A stretch of 64,000 nt of DNA. Origin: Octopus sinensis. Taxonomy: Eukaryota. Positions within the stretch are counted from its first letter, which is position 1. Each line of letters begins with the position of its first letter. Location: NCBI RefSeq assembly GCF_006345805.1, contig NC_043004.1, positions 100,874,001 through 100,938,000 on the forward strand, in the 5' to 3' direction. The notes beneath the pieces are model-generated. The model saw nothing but the letters and a program-made list of their open reading frames with translations, did not search any database and had not been told where the DNA came from. Positions 12,666-25,332 of the stretch are shown here, in pieces. The position numbers were made by a program, and so were the translations under genes.

Positions 12666-13074
12666 AAATTTTCTTTTAATAACTTAATCAACGGAGGAAG
12701 AGCAGAACCTCTGCCTTATTTCAGACCCTCTAGAACTAGCATATCGAAAACCTGGCCCGGAAGCTTAAAACAGAATGGACTCCATTAAAAGCATCCAGAA
12801 TGATATGGCAATGTTAAATCAGGCGGGAGATTTAGTCTACCGCCAAAGTATCGTGAGTGAGATTAGGTAAGCAAGAAGTGCGCAGAAGCTAATCGGTTCG
12901 CCTCTGTCTGTAATTAAATGAGTCCAGCTTTGTTATGTGCAATGCTGTGTAATGCTGAATGTCTGAGATTACACTGAGAATTTGTTAGAATTCCATGAAG
13001 GTAGCTCGATTGATTGGACAACTGTGCTAATTGTTCGTTGAAATTAATGAGATCCTTTCAATTCAGTGTGTGTG

Positions 13075-13132
<58 letters not shown>

Positions 13133-13294
13133 GTATTTCTTTATTCACCATAAGGTTGAGAAAAAGAGGGAACAATACGAGGACAGACAAAACAAACGTT
13201 GGAGTCAGGGTATCGAATGAGACGAAACGTATGAATAAACAAACAATTAAAATATATACAATTAAATGAGAATGAGTGATTAACAAAAAATGAA

Positions 13295-13611
13295 GAGAGA
13301 GCGTGGTTTAGTGGTTAGAGTGTTCAGTTCATGATCGTAAGGTCATGAGTTCGATTTTCGGCGGTGCGTTTTGTCTTTGAGCAAGACACTCTATTTCACG
13401 TTGCTCCAGTCCATCCCGCTGTCAAAAAATGAGTTGTAACTGTAATTCAATAAATGCGATGTACCTGTAATTGTACCTGAGCATTACGTTAAGGGTATGT
13501 GTGTTTGTGGAGTGCTCAGCCACTTGCATGCTAATTTGACGAGCAGGCCATTCTGTTGATCGGATCAAATAGAACGAACCCTCGTCGTCGTCGTAACCGA
13601 CGGAGTACCGA
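13295..13611 (+). mobile_element. CORE-type SINE (family C head, tail X)
   Basis: GTGGTTTAGTGGTTAG / GAGTTCGATT boxes, CORE-like TTGAGCAAGACACT. Tail GTGGAGTGCTCAGCCACTTGC...GTAACCGACGGAG shared with family B. Confidence 0.8.
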
Positions 13612-14241
13612 TATCTATGTCTGTGTGCATGTATGTGTGTGTGTGTGTACAAGTGTGTGTAATCATGTGTGCATATGTGTGCATATGTCAAAGTGAGACT
13701 ATATAGATATGTACGTGTATGTGTGCATCTAAATATTTTGAGAGTGCATGTTGTATGTGCGTGTTGGTTTGACTGTGTATCGGTGTGTGAATATTTTATA
13801 TGCGTATTTGCCTGGATATGTCTGCCGTGGGATAGAATGTATATTTGACAAAGTGTACTTTTCACTGCCCGAGAGAGGATTTGAACCCTGTGCTTCAGCT
13901 TAAGAGTTCTATAGTTAAGCAATTGATGCCTCCGCAACCATAAACGCTACATTTGGTCCGGTACAGTAGACTAACAAATCATTCATTATAACAGAGCATA
14001 CAGCATGTGCATCCTACCTCCAGCCTTAAAAAAAGCCCGACCCATTTGTTTAGGTACTGAGGCCATTAATTACGGACAAACCGTATGAGCCAGCGACACG
14101 ATGCGAACCAGTGATCCGTCAGCCGTTTATAAACATTCCATGCCTTTGCTATGAGACGTTAGAGGCGTAAGTGAATTGAAACATTAAGTGCGATCGTAAA
14201 CATATCCCGGACACAGATCAATGGTAAGTTATCTCCATATA

Positions 14242-14635
14242 TCTTTATATATAAAAGTAAGTTGTGTGTCTGTCTCCTACGATTTAGATTCCTAACTACT
14301 CCCACATTTTGCGGTACAGTGTAACCAAAACCGGGTATCTTATAGTCGTGATTCATATCGAGCCCTTCTGGGTATTAGCGCGCGTCTACGATGAGTCTAC
14401 GATTTAAAAAAAAAATTACCATCATTTTTTCCATTTTAATGCATTTTTTCGCTATTATATAAGGGAAGTAACTCTCTAAAATGTCTACGATGAGTCAACG
14501 ATTTAAAAATAAATTTACCATAATTTGTTTTCCATTTTTAATGCATTTTTTTGCTATTTTTGGCTATAATTCTCTAAAAATGCTTATATAGTTATTTCCC
14601 TTACAAACCCGAGCAACGCCGGGCGATACTGCTAG
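14242..14635 (+). mobile_element. Non-autonomous Helitron (394 bp) with an internal ~100-bp tandem duplication
   Basis: A|TC 5' end (TCTTTATATATAAAAG), subterminal hairpin CCCGAGCAACGCCGGG at 14608-14623, CTAG|T 3' end, no TSD. Confidence 0.85.
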
Positions 14636-14833
14636 TATTACATATTATTATTGCATCTAACTCTTTGATTGTCTACGTGTTGTAGGCCTATTCGATTAGA
14701 GCCGCTCGCAAGCCAAACGACAACACAAGCATACATAATTGGAGTGAAGCAAGAGACTCTTAGTATGAAGGTTCAACTCGCCACGAATCACGAAGCATTA
14801 TCTTAGAATATCAAAGACATGTAAGATAATATT

Positions 14834-15420
14834 CTTTTCTATTCTAGGTACAAGGCTCGAAATTTTTGGGGAGCGGGGACCAGTCGATTAGATCGACCCC
14901 GGTACGCAACAGGTAATTAATTTATCGACACCGAAAGGATGAAAGGCAAAGTGAACCTCGACGGAATTTGAACTCAGAACGTAACGGCAGATGAAATACC
15001 TATTTCTTTACTACCCACAAGGGGCTAAACACAGAGGGGACAAACAAAGACAGACAAACGGATTAAGTCGATTACATCGACCCCAGTGCATAACTGGTAC
15101 TAATTTAATCGACCCCGAAAGAATGAAAGGCAAAGTCGACCTCGGCGAATTTGAACTCAGAACGTAGCGGCCGACGAAATACTATTTCTTTACTATCACA
15201 AGGGGCTAAACACAGAGGGGACAAACAAGGACAGAAATAGTATTAAGTCGATTACATCGACCCCAGTGCGTAACTGGCACTTAACTTATCAACCCCGAAA
15301 GGATGAAAGGCAAAGTCGACCTCGGCGGAATTTGAACTCAGAACGTAACGGCAGACGAAATACGGCTACGCATTTCGCCCGGCGTGCTAACGTTTCTGCC
15401 AGCTCGCCGCCCCCAAGTTT
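14834..15420 (-). mobile_element. Nin-domain-type SINE trimer
   Basis: Three copies of CTTTGCCTTTCATCCTTTCGGGGTCGATAAA but only one head. Candidate TSD GATAATATT at 14825-14833 and 15421-15429. Confidence 0.85.
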
Positions 15421-15454
15421 GATAATATTGTCCTAGGTGATCTGTCCGTGAAGA

Positions 15455-15780
15455 CACGTGGATAATGGTTAGGATATTCGGCTCCCGATCGTGTGTTCGA
15501 TTCCCGGCGGTGCGTCGTTTCCTCGTGCAACACACTTTATATCACGCTGCTCCTACCGCTTCAACTGGCAAAAATGAGTTGTACCAGTATTTCAAAGGGC
15601 CAGCCCTGTCACATTCTGTGTCACGCTGCATCTCCCTGAGAACTGCATTAAGGGTACATTAAAGGTACATACGCTTGTCTATGGAGTGTTCAGCCACTTG
15701 CATGTTAGTTTCACGAGCAGGCCCTTCCGTTGATCGGATCCAGTGGGACTCTCGTTGTCGTGAGCAACGGCGTACCAATT
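15455..15780 (+). mobile_element. CORE-type SINE (family C head, tail X)
   Basis: GTTCGATTCCCGG B box. Tail collinear with 13480-13611 and 43140-43317. Confidence 0.75.
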
Positions 15781-16019
15781 TAGATATCCTGTTTTTAATA
15801 CAAAAAGTAGGGCTGTCACAGCTGGAAAGCAATTGAGCATAGGCCTGCTTCACGAAAAAATACCTTGGGCTAAATAACAACCACAAATATAATATATACT
15901 GTTTACTTTTGTATATTTTCGATCCACCGGATTACTGAGGCATGTAACCGTAATCTGAAACCCACTGCGTAAAGGCTATTGAATTTTCACACTGATAACT
16001 GGTACTAATTTATGGTTGC

Positions 16020-16432
16020 GGAGGAGCAGGAGTGGCTGTGTGGTAAGTAGCTTGCTAACCAGCCACATGGTCCCGGGTTCAGTCCCACTGCGTGGCATCT
16101 TGGGCAAGGGTCTTCTGCTATAGCCCCGGGCCGACCAATGCCTTGTGAGTGGATTTGGTAGACGGAAACTGAAAGAAGCCTGTCGTATATATGTATATAT
16201 ATACGTGTGTGTGTATGTGTTTGTGTGTCTGTGTTTGTCCCCCTAGCATTGCTTGACAACCGATGCTGGTGTGTTTACGTCCCCCGTCACTTAGCGGTTC
16301 GGCAAAATAGACCGATAGAATAAGTACTGGGCTTACAAAGAATAAGTCCCGGGGTCGATTTGTTCGACTAAAGGCGGTGCTCCAGCATGGCCGCAGGCAA
16401 ATGACTGAAACAAGTAAAAGAGTAAAGAGTAA
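16020..16432 (+). mobile_element. SINE family A (full length)
   Basis: Reverse complement of the 5883-6317 type, ends AAAAGAGTAAAGAGT. Confidence 0.9.
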
Positions 16433-16903
16433 TACTGTTTAAAGCCTTTGAAAAGTGGATATTACTTGGATCAGTCCATTTAAAAAGAACAACAAAGTAC
16501 TCTCCTGACAATCGAATCATTTAAGTTCCCTCTGTCTCTACTCATTCTCTAAATCACTTTGTCCCCCTCTCTCTTTTCTCTCTCTCCAGTTGCCCTCCCT
16601 TCCTCTTTCCCTATTATTGGTTCGTGGAACGCCCCAGACAAATGCTGAATTATACCAGTGGATTGAATGTGGATTCCACACAACGAAAGATAAAAGGTTG
16701 ATCCCGGTTGCATATCGTTGAGGAAAGAATAATATGTAAGTCAGTAGAGTACGGCATGCCCTATTGTTGCGATCAAGTCATCACGCTTATTTAATATTGA
16801 TTGATATTGACAATGGTATTTTATTGCTATTAACAATGATGTTAACAAACAGACATATGTACACATACAGGCATATATACACACGTGCACAGATATATAT
16901 ATC

Positions 16904-16949
<46 letters not shown>

Positions 16950-17007
16950 TGTGTGTGTATGTATCTACATATGTGTGAGTGTGTATATGGATACATGTGT
17001 GTGTACA

Positions 17008-17052
<45 letters not shown>

Positions 17053-17289
17053 ATATACGTATGTATGTATATATATATGTGTATGTGTGTATATATATAT
17101 TATACACACACACGAGCGGTAAGTTATATAAGAGACTGACAATTAGATACGGAGAAAGCGAAAATATGTAGATGTTGTATATACATACACATATATTTAC
17201 ATACACATGTGTGTATACATGTATGTATGTATGCAAGTTTACAAAGACAGAGAGAGAGAGAGGGAGAGAGAGAGATGCATACATAAGTG

Positions 17290-17364
<75 letters not shown>

Positions 17365-17474
17365 GTGCGTGTGTGTGTAAGAAGGTACGTATGCAGCTGT
17401 GTGTATACATGTATGGAAAGTTGGGTAGTTGGATGGATGGCTGTATGCATACATGAATAACTGCGCGTATTTGC

Positions 17475-17518
<44 letters not shown>

Positions 17519-17773
17519 CTCTGTGTGTGCGTACGTGTGTGTAGAGAGAGAGAGCTTTCCTGGTTGTTTCGCTAGTCCCATAGGAGTATACCACTGCCAG
17601 TGCATTAATGCGTTTTCTATAAGGTATTTAGATTACCAATGAAAACTTCACCATACTAGTAAATATCATGGGATTCTGTGACCCCGTTACCCCAACGTTC
17701 TAGACAAATAAATGGCCGCTCCAATTTCATGTCGACCGACATTGTACGTATTATATGAATGCATGTATCTATG

Positions 17774-17820
<47 letters not shown>

Positions 17821-17856
17821 ATATGTGAATATATATGTAAGCATATATATATATGC

Positions 17857-17888
<32 letters not shown>

Positions 17889-17895
17889 ATATATG

Positions 17896-17934
<39 letters not shown>

Positions 17935-18068
17935 ATATACATATATATATGTATATATTGTATATATATATATGTATATATATATATACGTATATATATG
18001 TATATATATATATAATGTATATTATATATGTATATATATTTGGTATATATATACGTATGTATATATAC

Positions 18069-18103
<35 letters not shown>

Positions 18104-18966
18104 GACGCATACACATGCTCAAACGCACACACACACACACACACATGTATAACTGTTACAGTTACATGAGATCGTGTATTAGGGCGCGAGTCTAACCATA
18201 ATCGCGTGTGTTTACAAATATACATACACACAAACACACTAAGACGCGCATAGACATATGTATATGCGTATGCCCATCCACTTCCGTGTCTGTGTGTGTA
18301 TGAGTGTATGTGTGTGTTCGTATTTGTATGTATATGTGTGTGTGTATGTATATACATAGATATATACATATACATATATATATATATATATTATATATAG
18401 ATATATATATATACATATATTTATATACCCGTATGTATACGTCCGAGTATGAATGGGTGGGTATGTGCGAGCACTTGAGTTTTAGAGAGAAAACAGCGAG
18501 AGAGAATTAAAGAGTATGTTTGTATGTGTGTAAGGATAGAGTGAAAAACCTCTGGTGGCCTATAATGTCATGGTTTATTCAATAAAAGATTATTGGACAA
18601 GGAGAAATATATATTCCCACAATACTTTTGTTCTTTATAATATTTTTCATCTTTCGCCTTTCATTTGTCTGACCATTTCCAATACTTTTGTATATATTAT
18701 CCTAAGCAATGCTGAAACTGTTTGTATGTGTGTGTGTCTGGTACGCGTGTGAGTGTTGCGAGTACTGTTTTGTGTTTTATATTTTGTGTTTTGTGTTTTG
18801 TGTTTTTGTCCTTCCATTTTGTTGTTGATGGGATTGTCTGGAAGTCTATTATTCAATTCGATGTGTGGTCATGATACCACTTGGTAAAGTTATATGTTAA
18901 TAATTACGAGAACACATTTACACGGTTATTTATTCATATGTAAATATGTATGCTTAGGTATATATG

Positions 18967-19002
<36 letters not shown>

Positions 19003-19966
19003 ATGTATATATGCTTGTATGTATGTAACGTTATTATATATATATATATGTGTGTAACATAATTATATAATAGAAATATGTGTATACAGCGTTTATATAT
19101 ATATATATATGTATATATATGTGTATATATATACATGTATATACACATATTTCCATATTATACACATATATATATGTGTAAACATACCATATACATATAA
19201 AATATATATATAGTATATATATATTATATACCTATATATACATATATATATATATTATACATATATATTCTAGATACAATATTATATATAACATATATAT
19301 ATATACATACATATATATATTTACATATACATATATATGCATATATATACATACATATATATCAATAAGATTCATATGAACTCCATAGATTACAGTCTAA
19401 CTCTTACAAACGAAGTATTATTCATTGAAAATGCTCGACTTTTCCTAATAAATAATTATAAATTATCATTATAAATAGGGCTACACCATAAATCTAATGC
19501 GAAGGAATAAAACGGAATATTTTAGTCTCAGCTTTACGAATAAGAGATGTTTGTATTTTCGTCTTACAGTTCTCTTCCTCAGCAATTATAATTGCTTCTC
19601 TAACATTTCCAGTCCACAGGCGGTGGAGGAAAAGCAATATTTGTAATAGCAAACGAATTTATACAGTCAGTCACGTGGGATAAATGCAAGTCCGACTGAG
19701 GCAGTCAGGTGAGTGAAAGGACCCGGTTTATGTGTAACTCTGTTGGATATAAACTTTCGATTCTTTCTATCAAAGTAGCCAATATCTCATAAAGTGGTGA
19801 ATATATTTACAATAAATAACATATTGGGTTATTTCGGTGAGTTATATAACTTTACTTACAAATCTTACTCACTATGTCCTATATACTTACAGATTGGTCA
19901 TAGGCACATCAGAAGGGCATTTGTAAGGTACGAGAAGCACCTTGCTTCAGTAGATTTTTTTTTCTC

Positions 19967-20082
19967 TACGGCCATATCACGTTGAAAGCACCGGTTCTCG
20001 TCTGATCACCGAAGTTAAGCAACGTCGAGCCTAGTCAGTACTTAGATGGGTGACCGCTTGGAAACCTAGGTGCCGTAAGCAT
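19967..20082 (+). pseudogene. 5S rRNA: 5S rRNA retrocopy (near full length, first ~3 nt missing or mutated)
   Basis: TACGGCCATATCACGTTGAAAGCACCGGTTCTCGTCTGATCACCGAAGTTAAGCAACGTCGAGCCTAGTCAGTACTTAGATGGGTGACCGCTTGGAAACCTAGGTGCCGTAAGC follows the metazoan 5S pattern. Helix I TACGGC/GCCGTA can pair. No oligo-T terminator follows. Confidence 0.92.
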
Positions 20083-20216
20083 AGCAGACCGATAGAATAA
20101 GTACTGGGCTTACAAAGAATAAGTCCCGGGGTCGATGTGCTCGACTAAACGGTGGTGCACCAGCATAGCCACGGTCAAATGACTGAAACAAGTAAAAGAG
20201 TAAAAGAGTAAAAGAG
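20083..20216 (+). mobile_element. 3' part of SINE family A fused directly to the 5S copy
   Basis: GACCGATAGAATAAGTACTGGGCTTACAAAGAATAAGTCCCGGGGTCGAT...AAAAGAGTAAAAGAG, near-identical to 16310-16430. Confidence 0.9.
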
Positions 20217-21179
20217 AACAAGTAAGAAAATCCATAAGAAATCACTCGACTTGCAAGAAATAACCGTCAATTATCCTTCACATCATTTCCTGCCCTCTCC
20301 GGAGAAGGAATGTAAATACTGGATAATGCATTTACTACACAGCCCTATGGTCATGGATGATCACGCCTTTTGATCATAGCTCTGGATTTAAACGACTACA
20401 TCAGCCACATCTCATGCATAATTGTATCACGTTGCATATGCACACTCACAAACATGTACACCTTTCAATGCGGGCGTTGGGCTTAGGTTGGGGGGGGTGT
20501 GCTTATTGTCACCTTTCCCTTTTGATGAGTTTTATTTATGAACTGAATTGACATGCGCAAACATTGTGGATATCGCATCGCAATTAGTAAGCCTAGGATC
20601 GGTCTACGTAGAATTAGTAGTCTGATATTTGCAGGCTACGGGGTTCTAATTGGCTCATAATGGACCTCCAGCATACACTGACCGAACAGGTTCGCTACCC
20701 AGTACTGCAAGGTAGGAGTCATGTTTTATAAATTCCTCGTGAGAATTATACAAGTTGGTGAATGATCTGTATGTATCGCAATTTATGCGTATATGCAAAA
20801 TCGTTAGTTGCATATGTCTGTGTATCATTCAGTGTGTGTGTTTGAGTATACCAAGTGTATGTTAATTTGTGTAGGTGTGTTTTTGAATACTTGCATGAGT
20901 GTGACAGCATTCATATGTCGTAGCTCTTTCAATGTATATGCTTTGCTTTGTTTTTCTTTGTATTTGTGTATGCCTGTGCTTGCTAACTAAAACGTACAAG
21001 TATCATATGTTCCTCTAATATTATCTGCTTTCGGCTATGCATGTATCTACAAACATACACACACACACATATATATATGTACTATATACTATATATACAT
21101 ACATACATACATATATACATATACATAAACACGTAAATACATATACATAACTATATATATATGTATATACATATCTATT

Positions 21180-21214
<35 letters not shown>

Positions 21215-21240
21215 TAATATATATAGATATACATACATAA

Positions 21241-21271
<31 letters not shown>

Positions 21272-21290
21272 GTACATATACATATATATA

Positions 21291-21329
<39 letters not shown>

Positions 21330-21379
21330 GCATACATATATATATGTGCATGCGTGTGTGAGTGTGTGAGAGAGAAAGA

Positions 21380-21418
<39 letters not shown>

Positions 21419-21697
21419 AGGATGCACGTGCCTGTACTGATACGAAAAGGAAATGCAAATTAGTATCAATAATAGCAGTAAATATGGCAACTTTAAGGAA
21501 GAAGAAAAGAGATTAAAAACAAAATGGCCGACATTTGTAACTTTCAGTGACATAAAATGTAACCTTGAAGTAGAAATAAAAAATAATGAATGTATTATTT
21601 TTTTTCATTACTACCGTCGGCAAGGCAGCAGTAGCAAGGAAAGCAGCAGCAGCAGTAGTAGCAACAGCCACAGTATTATTATTATTATTATTATTAT

Positions 21698-21736
<39 letters not shown>

Positions 21737-22132
21737 CTTTTATTCAAATCACGTATCGTATTTGATTTCGTTATGCATGTCTAAGCGAATATGTTCGAAT
21801 TTTAAGGGATGGCGTTAATACTATATCATTAGTGACACCAATATCAGCACTGATGCACAAGAACGAAATTCAGTGGCGTTCCAACCCTGACCATCCCATA
21901 CTGTGTTATGCAGGGCTGCCTTGACATGGTACCTGTAGTACTGTTTTGGTAGCAGCTTATGGTATGCGGATAAATTCAAGGTATGTACTGATATGATAGT
22001 AACTATATACGATGGTGATAATATCATAGCTGTTGAGATATTACGGTATTTGTTATAGCTACAGTTGTCTGTATCTCTGCGTATAACTTTAGCGATCTAT
22101 ACATATATATAATATCTATATATAATATATAT

Positions 22133-22163
<31 letters not shown>

Positions 22164-22299
22164 ATTAATATACATATATATATATATATATATATTATAT
22201 TACTAAATCTGAGCTTAGTGATATACGTACTAAATGTGAGCTTAGTAATTTGTAGGTTCGTTATACAACCATAATATACTGTAAAGTATATAAGATATT

Positions 22300-22500
22300 G
22301 ATCTATTGTTTTAGGAATGCGTTTAATATGTAAATTAGTATGTCCAATAACTTAACACCGTTGTATGCAGTGGCTATATAAGCAATGTGTTTGGAGGTGA
22401 GAATGGGTTAGATGGGTACTGATGAAAGGGTAAAAATCCCGAAATATGGCATAGACACACATTACCCATTTTTGTTTTCGATATTTTTGTTGGTTTTTAC
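22300..22500 (+). mobile_element. Penelope-type terminal-repeat fragment with a degenerate hammerhead-like core
   Basis: CTGATGA-AA-GGG-TAAAAAT-CCC-GAAA-TATGGCATA. ATGGGTA/TACCCAT could pair but is out of register with the cleavage site. Confidence 0.45.
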
Positions 22501-23109
22501 ATCTGACTCAGAATAAATCTGAGTTTGCTCTATCAGGTCTGACTTCGTGCTTCAACAACAACAATGAGAATAACAACTTCAATATCATTAACTCAGCAAA
22601 ACAACTTATAGCATCTACTCAATGTTCGAGTTTCAGGTAAAAAAAAAAAGAAAAAGAAAAGAGAGCGAACGAACTGTTCAGAAAAGAATTATTGATAATT
22701 TAGGTTTGACATCTTTTAGTGCTTAAAATGCAATTATATATTAGCAAAATCAATTAAAGCAGTTCAGTTTAGTCATTTCCGATTAAATGTTTACGAAGCA
22801 GACTCCAAATTTGATATTCTGTCAATTTTACAAGATGGTTGTCATTACTAATTCTTTTATTCTTTTATGCTTTCACTTGTTTCAGTCATTGAACTATACT
22901 ACGCTAGGGCAGTTTACCGAACCGTTAATATACGAGTACGTAAACAAACCAGCACCAGATGTGGAAATAAACACGAAGATACAAATACACATATAAAAAA
23001 ACGCACGTGCACCCACACATACACATAGTTACATACATATATATATCTTCATATATTTTGTATGTGTTTGCGCCCGTTTGTGTATGTGTGTGTGTGTACC
23101 ACTTTCGCT

Positions 23110-23310
23110 ATCTCTTTCTACTTCCGGTCATTTCAGCAACGTGATTACAGACGTACTGTTTGCGATATCTTTTCCTTCTTTGGACTTTTCCTTTTCCCTT
23201 TCCGGTGAAGAGCTATGAGCGAAACGTCAAACTCACTTATTTCAGCGAGTGTCAAGCTAATATATTTTTGCGCACTTCCGCTTGTTACCCATTAATTTTT
23301 ACTCGTTTAT
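23110..23310 (+). mobile_element. Degenerate Penelope-type terminal-repeat fragment (relative of 46240-46480)
   Basis: CCGGTGAAGAGCTATGAGCGAAACGTC resembles CTGACGAAGAGCTCCGCTCGAAACGTT, with similar pyrimidine-rich flanks. Confidence 0.5.
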
Positions 23311-23944
23311 TTGAATTGTTTGTTTATTAGAATTTACTATATGTATATATATATATATATATATATAATAATATGATAATAATAATAATAATAATAATAT
23401 TACGGAGTATTGCTCCAAACTTACAGGGAAAAATTTAATTTAGTATTAAAGTAAATTTTACAGTATTTTTTCTTCTTTTTTTAATTTTTAACATAAGAAA
23501 TGGGTTGTTGGAAATAATCCTAATGTTTTAACTTTCTAATTTAGATAATGGAGTTTTTTCTATAAGAAAAATTATTATTTTATTTCTTAAAAAATATTGT
23601 TTAACTCTATTTGCTTATTTATTTAACTATTATCATTTATTTAACTATTAACCTGAAGATTGACTATAATTTTAGTTCGAATTTATTTCAATTGAATTTA
23701 AACTTAATTGTAATTCGAATTTAATAATAGCCATGAAACGTACGTAGTGTTTTTACTTATTATATTTATCATTCTTTTTATACTTTTTGGGAAAAAAATT
23801 AAATTAAATTAAAATTAAAAATTAAAAATTAATAAATATATATATATATATATATATATTATATTAATTAATATATATATTATTTGATATTTATATATTG
23901 GTTTATGTCAATCAATGTTTGACTTGAATAATAGTGCATAATAG

Positions 23945-24235
23945 TGAGTCTGCGCTTCATCCCTCTCTCTCCATCTAGTAATGAATTTCAGACCCGTGCT
24001 GATATTCATAGCTTTGTGGGCCGTGTAAGGCTATATGCACTATTCCACAACACTCCACTTGCATCTAACGAAGAGGACTACTTCACCGACCTGGGCCGCC
24101 GACCATCCCACTGGACGCCAGCTCCGGGCCAGTTCCAAAGCAGTCGATCATTTTGAGGGCACCTGTCAACGTGTTGGGGACCGGTTTAACATACTCCACC
24201 CCTACTTCCACATATCTCACCGCTACTCCCACTTA
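23945..24235 (+). pseudogene. Penelope-like element ORF fragment (region N-terminal to the RT core)
   Basis: SLRFIPLSPSSNEFQTRADIHSFVGRVRLYALFH...FTDLGRRPSHWTPAPGQF then (frameshift) AVDHF matches the GLxFIP...FxRRLRL...SxWTPPxG pattern of Penelope ORFs. Confidence 0.75.
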
Positions 24236-24309
24236 CCCCACCCTTACCCTAACATCCTCACCTCAAACCCACACACACGCACACATACACACATCTAGGT
24301 CACCAACCC

Positions 24310-24460
24310 CTATCAACAACTTTCTCTAACTCTCTCTTTCGTTGGCCTACTCGCTTAGCCAGCGGGGTGGCGTCATTTGAAGGCTAAAACAATGCGAAGC
24401 GCATTATGTCTAGCGATGTGTAGCAACATCTGATAGCCTGGCCGGTCACGGTGATCACGT
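24310..24460 (+). mobile_element. SINE tail Y fragment
   Basis: Reverse complement of 10758-10900. Confidence 0.75.
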
Positions 24461-24466
24461 TGATAT

Positions 24467-24546
<80 letters not shown>

Positions 24547-24879
24547 TGATCTCCGTACCACGCGAATATAAATATATATATACATACACATACCGAGTGA
24601 GGGAGAGTGAAAGGTACGTACATACATATATACATATATAATATAGATTTGTTGCTTTTGAAAAATAATTAATTTTTTTTTACATATCACCGTTTTTCTT
24701 ATGCTTCTATTGTTGTTCTTGTTTCATATACTCATATTTTTCTTATTGTTGTTGGAATCATTTTACTTATATACATTTTCTATTAAGTTTTCTCCATTGT
24801 TTTTTATTTCTTTTTATTCTTTTTCAATAATTGTTTTGTTATGGATTATTTCTATTTTAGGCGTACGTTTTTGTTATTT

Positions 24880-25046
24880 CTGTTATAGTTGTTGCTGCTG
24901 CTGTTGCTGCTGATGCTGATGCAGTCCATTTTTCTTTTGATTTATATATTACTCTTTCTTTTGTGTTTATTCTATTTTTGTTACTATTATTGTTATCGCT
25001 GTTCTTGTTGTTGTTGCTATTATTATCATTATTATTATTATTATTA

Positions 25047-25080
<34 letters not shown>

Positions 25081-25265
25081 CATTATTATTATTATTATTA
25101 TTATCATTATTATCATTATTATTGTTATTATCATTATTATTACTATTATTATTATCATTATTATTACTATTATTATTATTATTATTATTATTATCATTAT
25201 TATTATTATCATTATTATCATTATTATTGTTATTATCATTATCATTATTATTGTTATTATTATCA

Positions 25266-25332
<67 letters not shown>

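Noticed and set aside
14834-15420. Regularly spaced repeats resembling a CRISPR-like array
   Set aside because: The units are ~185-bp SINE bodies with homologous, not unique, intervening sequence, in eukaryotic DNA with no cas genes.
19967-20082. Functional 5S rRNA gene or 5S array
   Set aside because: Single copy, 5' end incomplete, no oligo-T terminator, fused to a SINE tail.
21833-21980. Selenocysteine read-through of an in-frame TGA
   Set aside because: The context AGLP-TGA-HGTC matches no selenoprotein motif I know, and no SECIS was identified.
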